DNA of 64,000 nt from Haliotis cracherodii (lineage: Eukaryota), in assembly GCF_022045235.1 (NCBI RefSeq), contig NW_027266319.1:38750001-38814000 (forward strand), given 5' to 3'. Of this stretch, positions 54,263 through 64,000 are shown one piece after another; within the stretch, counting starts at the first letter, position 1, and every line of letters begins with the position of its first letter. The translations under genes and the position numbers were made by a program. The notes beneath the pieces were generated by a model that saw only the letters and a program-made list of their open reading frames with translations, was not told where the DNA came from and did no database searches.

Positions 54263-54355
54263 CGTATTCTCGTGCAATATACCTCGCCATTGCGAAACTC
54301 TGTGAAAACTTCTTGCCATCTACCTCGAGGACGGGTAACATCCCAAAACGGGTAG
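54263..54355 (-). CDS. Sigma-class GST internal exon (G-site)
   Basis: AG/GT bounded, 93 bp, TRFGMLPVLEVDGKKFSQSFAMARYIAREY(G), with the cis-Pro loop and QS motif; phase 1/1. Confidence 0.93.
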
Positions 54356-54479
54356 CTGAAACAGTGGTTAAACGCAAAGCTGTAATACAGGACAATCAGG
54401 GGCCGTCGGTTGAACCTGTCAAGAGAATACATGTGATCCACTCTTTCACATAAACAAATAAAATGGTTTATTCCTTCAG

Positions 54480-54719
54480 GTTTTTTTAACGCCGCACTCG
54501 CCAATATTCAAATTATATTATGGCGGTCTGTAGATAATCGAGTCTGGACCAGACAATCATGTGGATGACATCATGACCATCGAGTCGCGTAACTGGGATC
54601 CGAAGACAAGCATCAACCAAATCAGCGAGCCCGACCACCCGATCCCGTTAGTCGCCTCGTACGACAAGCAAGGGTTGCTGAAAACTCAGGCCAATTCTAA
54701 CTCGGATCTTCACAAGGGG
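54480..54719 (-). mobile_element. SINE family C, diverged variant with a single gtcgtaNgaggcgac hairpin
   Basis: Lacks the duplicated atgcttg..aggcgact unit found in the other copies. Confidence 0.85.
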
Positions 54720-54910
54720 TGAACACGATTAAGAGATGTCAAGTTGGATTCATATCGACAGCTAGAACGTGCCCCACAATTTATGCCATTGAGAAGGTAG
54801 ATTATATACGCAGAAAAATTAAGTTAGCAGACAAAGTGAGGACTGGCACTTGTTCGATACCTAAGATATTAAATCTTTAATTTGGCAACCATTTGTTTAA
54901 CAATTATTAA

Positions 54911-55183
54911 TGAGTGAGTGTGTGCGTTTGGTTTCACACGGCTCTGAATGGTATTCTAGTTATATCGGGGCGTGAGTGCTGAATTATTTGGGAAGTGATG
55001 CAGGGCTCATACATTTACTACTTTGGTGAAACCCACGAGCTGCCTTGTAAGGTGCTGACAACCCTAGAAATACAATCCGGGCGAACCGGGATTCGAACGC
55101 ACGATCAAAGGTTTCTTGCTTGCCCAAAAGACACAACTCAACTCTGCAAATAGCGCCTTTGACGACTGGGTCACCAGAGCCCC
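54911..55183 (-). mobile_element. Diverged SINE family A
   Basis: ggtgaaacccacgagc, ggtgctgacaa and gcgaaccggggattcgaac recognisable. Confidence 0.75.
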
Positions 55184-55388
55184 ATTAGCAAATTTTAACC
55201 TTTTGTCTATGCTTAAGTGGTAATATATAAACAGTCTTTACCTTTCTTGGGTTTTTTTATGACGAGATAGGTAGGTGACTGTGCATTTACGTTTCGCTTG
55301 ATCCACTTATTAACCGCAGAGTCAAATACAAAGCGCTCATTTCAGTACCGACAAAAGCATAAAAATTATTCATCTTTTAGTACGGTTA

Positions 55389-55664
55389 GGGGGCAGGGGT
55401 GGCCCAGTCGTCTAAGGCGCAGCGATTCGCTGTGCAGAGTTGCGTCCCTTGGGCACGCCAGAAACCTATGATTGCGGGTTCGGAGCCCGGTTCGCCCCGA
55501 TTATGTTTCTAGGTTTGTCAGCACCATACCCGTGTTCGTGGGTTTCACCGAAGTGGTAAGCGTCTGAGACCTGCATCATTTCGGGCTTTCCTCCCACATT
55601 AAGCTGACACGAAGCGATATAACTGTAATACTGTTAAAAACGGCGTTAAAGCCAACTCACTCAC
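55389..55664 (+). mobile_element. SINE family A, full length
   Basis: 13-bp TSD tttagtacggtta. Confidence 0.93.
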
Positions 55665-56691
55665 TTTAGTACGGTTATCACATATACATCAAACCTTCAT
55701 AACATCATAATATTCTACGTTTTCAGACTTAAGATTTGCGAGACGTTTTGCCTTTAACGTCAAAACGGCGTCATGTAACGCTGTCTTAAGACTTTATATT
55801 AGGGCTTTCGTGAATCATACCATTCATTGATTTACCTTTGTTGTATTCTAAAGGTGACCTGCCATAATAATGGGATTTATCCCATTTTTTAAAAGAAATC
55901 CAATATACCTGACGGTTTGAACTTGGCAGAATAATTCTCATCTGCGTCGCTTCCTACCGTAATAAACTGACGTCAAATGCCGCCAAGTCACACCTATACA
56001 CGACAGCTCGAGTTGCGCTGAGGCCACCAAGCGCACACGCAGACATAAAAAAAACTCTTCCTACCTACAGTATGTGGGTAATGAGATGATTTAATGTTCT
56101 GTGCTTGACGCGATGAACCTTCCAGAAAACAACAGCTCTTGGTACTAACTCTACAATACAATAAATTTCAGTCTCTCAACGCCAACTCTCCATACCTATA
56201 ACATACTCTTCTGCAAACAAAACAATAAATTAGAATAAAAACTAACTTCGTGACGGTGAATCTCCGTCTCTGGGATTTAACGTGGTTGGCAGTTGCTATT
56301 TATCATGTGTTGCACTTAAGGGTCGAGTATACACAGCCACATTGACCCAGGTTAATTAAACACCTTTATCATGTGGGCTTCAGGTACAGGGCGATCAGTG
56401 TCTTCAAGAACGACCATAAACTACTGGAAATAATGAAATGCCTTCTAATAAATGTCACTTCACTACATAAGCTAGAAACGCAAGAGGGACTTTTTTAACA
56501 TGTGACTTCCAACACCATAAGAAACAGCGAACTTAACACACTTGTTTCTAAGTGCATATTGTGGGATTTTATTATCCATTAAATGCGTTATATATTTCAC
56601 AAACAAAATATATATACTCATATACAATAGAAACGGCCATGATCATGAACCTCGTCACAGCAGTACAACTACTCACAGTTCTTACCTCACA

Positions 56692-56740
56692 ATCGTGGCT
56701 CAAATATTGCCGATGTGACGTTAAACTTTAACTCACTCAC
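56692..56740 (+). mobile_element. 49-bp tail-only retroposed insertion
   Basis: aaatattgccgatgtgacgttaaactttaactcactcac flanked by TSD tcttacctcaca (56680-56691, 56741-56752). Confidence 0.8.
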
Positions 56741-57987
56741 TCTTACCTCACAGCCAAATTCAATACAATAAGCAGGCCTACTTTCGTAACAGCACAATTA
56801 ATGTCGACGATCGATGTAAAAAGTTTTTTCAGGTTAGAGAATTACCATATTTCATTCAGAAGTTTAACTTGGAAACTTATCAAATGGAATTTAATACTGA
56901 CCCACGATGAAAATATCGCAATCAATTAACGCAGCCCTTGCATAAAACTCCAAGCTATGGAACATAAACCCCGATTTTGTGGCTCTTTTTAAGTAAGTAG
57001 CAATATATGCGCGTTTATTTGCATATTTAAGTGCATGTAGTCTATATTTCCCGTCGGTTCAACCCGTCAATGACAATACCATCGACAGTGCTTAAGGATT
57101 AGATAATAACCCGTCCATTCATCCGTATTTTGATCATCGTATCAAGAAAAGGGCAACGCAAGTTGGAACGAATGCTTTATTCTTCCAAACATCATCAAAT
57201 GTGTTTAGGATAAATTAAGTAGACGATAGGTAGATAGCATCGGGACTGATGTCGCCTGCGGTCTTTGAGTTGTCAATGTCGACGAGTGCAGGCTTTTCAG
57301 CACTACCTGTGTGTATAAGAACTTTGAGGGAGGGCCACGTTCTGGGAAATGAGGGGCTAACACAACAGTGCTGATGATAAGCTCGAGTGTACTGGGTGCC
57401 TCTCGTCACAGCCGACTCGTATTTCGTACAGTGTCAAAACCCACCAGAAGGCCCTATTCAAAAGTTCGGAGCCAATGATGTGTCATTCAGGTCGAATGAC
57501 TTAAACAAGATCGAGAAAAAAAGGAGAGGGTTAGCTGAATAGACTCAACGGAATAGACTCAACGTATTTCATCCGCAAATCAACGGAGGAAAAAGCATTA
57601 AGTACGATCTCTATATAACATGATTCATCTGATATCAGGGCTGTAACCCATATGAGAAGGAGCTGAAAGGACGCTACAGGTGGTGACGTTCACCTGATCG
57701 CGATCGCCACGGATTAGTTTCATTGAAGGGAATACCCTAGACTGTATGCCTGTAGATCCCACGTAGTTTATAACCTTGTGAAATGAATCTAATGCGCCGT
57801 AAAATAGTTCTAACAAGCACAGGATTGAGTTAACCCTTTGAAATGAGCGCTACAATAACGTTTAGAATAGAATTCATTTTCTATCCGTTAACGCCAGGTA
57901 ACGCTGCATAGTGCTTTACACTGAGGTGCGTGGTTCATTTGCCGCTACGGCATGTATCTCCAAGTGAATTTTAATAATTGTCCTTGG

Positions 57988-58258
57988 AGTGAGTGAGTTG
58001 GCTTTAACGCCGCTTTTAACAGTATTACAGTTATATCACGGCGTGTCAGCTTAATATGAGAGGAAAGCCTTAAATGATGCAGGTCTCAGACGTTTACCAC
58101 TTCGGTGAAACCCAATAGCACGGTGCTGACAAACCTAGAAACATAATCGGGGCGAACCGGGATTCGAACCCACAATGATAGGTTTCTGGCGTGCCCAAGG
58201 GACGCAACTCTGCACAGTGAATCGCGGCGCCTTAGACGACTGGGCCACCCCTGCCCCC
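57988..58258 (-). mobile_element. SINE family A, full length
   Basis: TSD aattgtcct(t/c)gg. Confidence 0.93.
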
Positions 58259-59498
58259 AATTGTCCTCGGATTGAGCGCGTGTAGTGGGTTTAATATGTG
58301 TCGCTTCTACAGTATTGCAGTGTTGTAATGGCAGGAGATTTAGTAATGGATTTACATTTTGACCTTATGAGGAATCGAAACCGGGTTTTTGGTGACGAGC
58401 GAACGTTTGAACTACTGTGCTACCTAACAGGTGTGTAAGTGACGATGATGGTCATCAATCGGTTTAACAAAGCTGCTGCATTTGAAACGAAGAAAAACCG
58501 TAAATAAACAATAAGTAATAAGTATAATTGTGACCTATATTTAACTCTTGGGACAATAAATTGAGTTCACAACAACCGTGATTTCTCTCACAGCCAGTTC
58601 GAAAATCTGTGTTCAAATAGGGGTAAATGATAAGCATTTTACTTGACCGGGCCGTGATTTCGACACAGCCGGTGAGACATCCGAGTTCGAGACAACGGTG
58701 TTCGATTCTACATACAGAAAGAGTGAATGGGAAAGATGTCTCGCGTGTGGAAGAATGAAAACAGCCACTGCTGATGCTGGGTGCAACATGTCACCATGAA
58801 TTATTAAACCCAAAAAACAAGCGTGACTTGGGTGCACTCGCAACGCGAACGAAACATTTCTGTGTGTTCCTGGAGTAATGCATACACGAAACAGCTACAA
58901 ATACTGTCTCCATTCATGCTGAAGACAAAACTACGTTGCCTCGGAGGTTTCAACTTTAATTTGTTATCACTCCGGTTTCAGAAACCCATCAATCCTTCCT
59001 ACGTTTCGTTAATACGCCGGTTTCTGTTTTAGTGAGCAAATACAATACCGCTTCTTAGCCTGCTCGGAACACACACAGCGTGAAACTATATAAAGAAATG
59101 GGGGTTTGTTTCCATCATATATCGAATTTACGGACTAAAAATAGTTATAACTGCTAATTTTTAAGTTGCCACTTCTCTGGCACAAAAGTGACCAGTTTAT
59201 TGAGGCCCGGAATAGTCAGGTCATACCATATGTAATGTAGATACTATTTAAAATGGTCATCTTTATATTCAGTTCCATACTTATCCCGTATTGTTATATA
59301 CATACAACAGGTTTTAACTAACAGTAATCAAATGAGATATACGCGTATCGCGGTTTGAATTTCTGCTGATCCTTAAAATCTAAATTCAGATTAATTCATA
59401 GATTTGAACTAAGTTAACTTTGAATTGTGCTAATCTGTCGATAATCTGAGATGTTCAGTGATCTATTATACTTTTCAAGGCCACTTTTCCATTTACGC

Positions 59499-59661
59499 GG
59501 GGACGGTCGGGTAGCCTAGTGGTTAAATCGTTCGCTCGTCACGCCGTAGACCCGGGTGCGATTCCCGACATGGGTACAATGTGTGAAGCCCATTTCTAGT
59601 GTTCCCCGCCGTGATATTGCTGGAATATTGCTAAAAGCGGCGTAAAACCATACTCACTCAC
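59499..59661 (+). mobile_element. SINE family B, full length
   Basis: TSD tcc(a/t)tttacgcg. Confidence 0.92.
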
Positions 59662-59702
59662 TCCTTTTACGCGCAACGGACTCTGTTACGTTATATTATC
59701 GG

Positions 59703-60240
59703 GCCCGCGGTTGTGGTCAAGGGGATAGAGCGTATGTAAGTTGGAGCAGAAAGTTGGTTGGCCGACCCTCGGTCCCGTCGTACCAAAAGACGTTAAAATG
59801 GTTCTTGTTGTTGTCGTGCCTGGCGCTCGGCATCAAGGGGATGACGCAAGGACTATTCGGAGTCAGTATACTCTGTCTGAGTGGGTATCAATGTTAAACT
59901 GCGGGATGGTATCTAAGGAGGATAGTACTATAACACCGAAATTAGTCCTGCGTAATACAAGCAGAACACACACACATAAACACGCACGCACACGCACACG
60001 CACACCCACACGCGCGCACACACACACACACACACGTGTATGCACGTCGCAATATAAGTGTAGTGAGTGAGTGAGTATGGTTTTGCGCCGCTTTTAGCAA
60101 TATTCCAGCAATATCACGGAGGGGGACACATGTGGGGAATCGAACCCGGGTCTTCGGCGTGACGAGCGAACGCTTTAACCACTAGGCTACCCGACCACCC
60201 CCAATATAAGTGTGACGTTAATCCTTATTTCAGTTCAGTT
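59703..60240 (+). mobile_element. SINE family D with a (CA)n/(CACG)n expansion and a nested family B copy (60062-60201, minus strand)
   Basis: Meta-like body; the nested copy is flanked by TSD caatataagtgt (60050-60061, 60202-60213). Confidence 0.85.
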
Positions 60241-61225
60241 TCTACCTATCATGGTGTCTAAATGATCTGCAGTTACTCTATATGCTGCAGCCACTCCCTG
60301 CACGAAGATTCAAGTTTGCAATCCAAGCTGCGTAACGTCGGCATCTCCTTCGGCTGGGATATCAAAATCACGCCAATGCAGTCTCGGTATCCCTCGCACG
60401 TTATCACGATCACACAGGCGTAAACATATCTATCTCTGCTCTGCATGTATGTAAAAGCACGCCGAATTCCAACAGCACCAAGAGAACCCGCACCGAGTGG
60501 CTTCAGCCTTCCTATAACACCCATTAAAGCAGTATTATAAAGGTCGTATTTCGCGAGATTTTGACATAGTATTTCAACGGCTAGCATAAACATTACACAT
60601 AGGTGTCTTGGGGCGACATCAAACGTCCACCACCTATGCGGATTCATAACAATGTGAGCTCAAAACAAAACCAGTTTACAAGAAGTGCATGCGGTTCATT
60701 TGCTTGCACTCCGGTGCGGCGAATTTGCTTCTATATATACACTTGATAACGTGACCGCTGAATGAAGGTCAAGGTCACAACGTGGCAGCTGGGTTGCTCG
60801 CGCTCGCGTGACCTAGCGTGACAAGGACTGACACATCTATACAAAAGAGGCAAGTCAGAGTGTAGGGGGTTCGGTTTGAACACGTTGTATAAAGTGTGAC
60901 AGTGTCGGACCAGGTGAGATCACTTCTCAGACGTTTTTTTTTTCAAAAGTGTCATTTGACGTCCTGAGTGAGCTGGTGGAACGGTGAGACTCGCATGCAC
61001 CACTTTGAATCTGGCACTGGTGACGTGCGCCCTGCTGCTGCGGTGTCATGAAATGTGAATAAGAGACTTTGGGCCATACAAACTAGTGGTTGATATTATG
61101 ACCAACGTCATCATGGTATTAATGTCTCTCAATAAAACCAGTCGCTGGGACTGACGATCGATCCATCAACGTTGATTTTACCTCAATAATTGGGACCAAT
61201 TCTATCACATAAATCCTACGGACTT

Positions 61226-61492
61226 TTTCAGAGTAAACATCTGGGTACATACATCCTGTTCAAAACTGAAGCACCGGTGATGTCCCTTTAGTGAAGTGAC
61301 TTTGTTCGAAATATGTCTCTGTTCAACAGGCAATGAATGGGTACCCGGTAGGATAAGATGTTTTTTCAGAGTATATACCTTGGTACATATATCCTGCTCC
61401 ACACTGAAGCACCTGTGATGTCTCTTTAGTGAAGTGACTTTGTTTGAAATATGCCTATGTTCACCCAGCAGTGAATGGGTACCCGGTAGTAT
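61226..61492. repeat. Tandem duplication of about 140 bp ending in a CORE-SINE-like motif
   Basis: ttttcagagta..actgaagcacc..tttagtgaagtgactttg..gaatgggtacccggtag occurs twice; the same motif is at about 18500. Confidence 0.7.
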
Positions 61493-61599
61493 CAGATGGT
61501 AATGTCACTGTAAATTTAGGGCAGTTTGGGTCGTATACTTTAACCACTAGGCTACCCGACCGACCCTCAAAGAGAATGACCGCCCGATCCTTTTTTGTG

Positions 61600-61830
61600 T
61601 GGTAGATGTTGTTTTGTGCCGATACAATCGAGCATGCTCTTTCTTCGAAGATTTCAGAAACCGCCATACGACTCTTGCGCAAAAGTTGGTTCATCAAGTT
61701 ACAACATTCAAGGCGTCAGCAAAGCTTTCAAAACGTTTTATGGTAGAAACATGTTGTCATTTTCAAATTAGACGCATCAGTGACACAAAGTATGTCCGAT
61801 GCAAATCCCTATTTTGACTTGTAACAAATA
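61600..61830 (+). mobile_element. Penelope-like RT C-terminal fragment, related to 11700-11900
   Basis: CRYNRACSFFEDFRNRHTTLAQKLVHQ; clear nucleotide similarity to the reverse complement of 11715-11880. Confidence 0.75.
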
Positions 61831-61939
61831 TGTCCGTGTTTTTTCCAGGTGAACAATTGACATGCCTGCGCATGTGTTTGTGACTGATGTCATCGATGGG
61901 GCAGGATATGCCCACATTTTACTACTTACTCAGGGATGG

Positions 61940-62345
61940 TTGGTTCTTTTTCGCCGCACTCAGCAATATTCCAACTATATGACGGCGGTCTGTAAATAAT
62001 CGAGTCTGCACCAGACAATCCAGTGATTGACATCATGAAGCATCGATACACACTGCACACATTATGTTGACAAGTACGGCCACGCCCCAGTGTTTGTTTG
62101 TTTTATGTTTTACCCCCAGTAAGATGCTTGCTGTAAAAGGCGACTATGCTTGCCGTAAGAGGCGTCTAACGGGATCGGGTAGTCAGGATCGCTGACTTGG
62201 TTGATGCATGTCATTGTATCCCAATTGCGTGGATCGATGCTCATCACGTCAATCAGTTGTCTGATCCAGACTCGATTTATTTACAGACCGCTATCATATA
62301 CCTGGACAATTGCCGAATGCAGCGTTAAACAAAAAACAAACAAAC
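61940..62345. mobile_element. Inverted pair of truncated family C SINEs with an inverted flank duplication
   Basis: 61940-62047 on the minus strand and about 62123-62345 on the plus strand; 62044-62104 is the reverse complement of about 62333-62393. Confidence 0.8.
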
Positions 62346-62384
62346 ACTGGGGCGTGGCCGTACTTGTCAACATAATGTGTGCAG

Positions 62385-62946
62385 TGTGTATCGTGGCTGT
62401 CATTGTCCCCGGTATGTGTATCGTAGCTGTCATTGTTTCCGGTATGTGTATCGTAGCTGTCATTGTTTCCGGTATGTGTACCGTAGCTGTCATTGTCCCC
62501 GGTATGTGTACCGTAGCTGTCATTGTTTCCGGTATGTGTATCGTGGCTGTCATTGTTTCCGGTGTGTGTATCGTGGCTGTAATTGTTTCCGGTATGTGTA
62601 TCGTAGCTGTCATTGTTTCCGGTATGTGTATCGTAGATGTCATTGTCCCCGGTATGTGTATCGTAGCTGTCATTGTTTCTGGTATGTATATCGTGGCTGT
62701 CATTGTTTCCGGTATGTGTATCGTACCGTCATTGTTTTCGGTATGTGTATCGTGGCAGTCATAGTTTCTGGTATGTATATCGTGGCTGTCATTGTTTCCG
62801 GTATGTGTATCGTAGCTGTCATTGTTTCCGGTATGTGTATCGTAGCAGTCATCGTTTCCGGTATGTGTATCGTAGCTGTCATTGTTTCCGGTATGTGTAT
62901 CGTGGCTGTCATTGTTTCCGGTATGTGTATCGTGGCTGTCATTGTC
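62385..62946. repeat. 30-bp minisatellite
   Basis: (tgtgtatcgtagctgtcattgtttccggta)n, about 19 copies. Confidence 0.95.
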
Positions 62947-62979
62947 TGACTACCTTATGTGCAGAATGGCAATCTGTGG

Positions 62980-64000
62980 TGTATGTAACAAGACAGTGAG
63001 TGTTGACGGCGTAAGTAATAAGACAGTGAGTGTTGACGGCGTATGTAACAAGACAGTGAGTGTTGACGGCGTATGTAACAAGACAGTGAGTGTTGACGGC
63101 GTATGTAACAAGGCAGTAAGTGTTGACGGCGTGTGTAACAAGACAGTGAGTGTTGACGGCGTGAGTAACAAGACAGTGAGTGTTGACGGCGTATGTAACA
63201 AGACAGTGAGTGTTGACGGCTCGTGTAACAAGACAGTAAGTGTTGACGGCGTGTGTAACAAGACTGAGTGTTGACGGCGTATGTAACAAGACAGTGAGTG
63301 TTGACGGCGTATGTAACAAGACAGTAAGTGTTGACGGCGTGTGTAACAAGACAGTGAGTGTTGACCGCGTATGTAACAAGACAGTGAGTGTTGACGGCGT
63401 GTGTAACAAGACAGTGAGTGTTGACGGCGTGAGTATCAAGACAGTGAGTGTTGACGGCGTATGTAACAAGACAGTGAGTGTTGACGGCGTGAGTATCAAG
63501 ACAGTGAGTGTTGACGGCGTATGTAACAAGACAGTGAGTGTTGACGGCGTGAGTATCAAGACAGTGAGTGTTGACGGCGAATGTAACAAGACAGTGAGTG
63601 TTGACGGCGAATGTAACAAGACAGTGAGTGTTGACGGCGTGAGTATCAAGATAGTGAGTGTTGACGGCGTGAGTAACAAGACAGTGACTGTTGACGGCTC
63701 TGTAACAAGACAGTGAGTGTTGACGGCGTATGTAACAAGACAGTGACTGTTGACGGCGTAACATGCCAGTGACTGTTGACGGCTCGTGTAACAAGACAGT
63801 GAGTGTTGACGGCATGAGTAACAAGACAGTGACTGTTGACGGCATATGTAACATGCCAGTGAGTGTTGACGGCTCGTGTAACAAGACAGTGAGTGTTGAC
63901 GGCTCGTGTTACAAGACAGTGAGTGTTGACGGCTCGTGTAACAAGACAGTGACTGTTGACGGCGTATGTTACATGCCAGTGACTGTTGACGGCTCGTGTA
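62980..64000. repeat. 30-bp minisatellite running off the window end
   Basis: (gtatgtaacaagacagtgagtgttgacggc)n, more than 33 copies. Confidence 0.95.

Noticed and set aside
55908-56046. Candidate upstream GST exon ending KFKPS with a phase-1 donor
   Set aside because: In-frame TGA shortly upstream and no GRxE/FED/W similarity
57215-57409. WPSLK peptide resembling GST exon 2
   Set aside because: Surrounding residues and splice position do not fit a GST N-terminus
62201-63884. Mucin-like or hydrophobic repeat ORFs
   Set aside because: Artefacts of the 30-bp arrays, open in multiple frames with frameshifts between them

Overview
Eukaryotic, AT-rich, repeat-dense animal DNA. The SINE and LINE complement suggests a mollusc, most likely abalone (Haliotis-like); this is an inference. 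Two host genes are supportable. One is an intronless, highly divergent rhodopsin-family GPCR (13772-14755, +). The other is a sigma-class glutathione S-transferase on the minus strand with four phase-compatible coding exons (54263-54355, 52333-52448, 51353-51457, 34255-34419); its last intron is about 17 kb and holds about 7 kb of satellites, and its 5' exons were not found here. The rest is mobile or repetitive DNA: two degraded RTE-X-like LINE pieces, a full-length dead Tc1 element, Penelope-like RT relics, palindromic MITE-like elements and about 10 tandem arrays. There are also more than 25 SINE copies in four families: A (tRNA-Leu-like head), B (tRNA-Asp-like head), C (non-tRNA structured head) and D (tRNA head with Meta-like body). 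A, B and C share one 3' tail, and all four show 12-13 bp target-site duplications. The most interesting signals are this modular SINE system and the pseudoknot-like RNA head of family C. There is no CRISPR array, rRNA or convincing functional tRNA, and most listed ORFs are chance or tandem-repeat artefacts.
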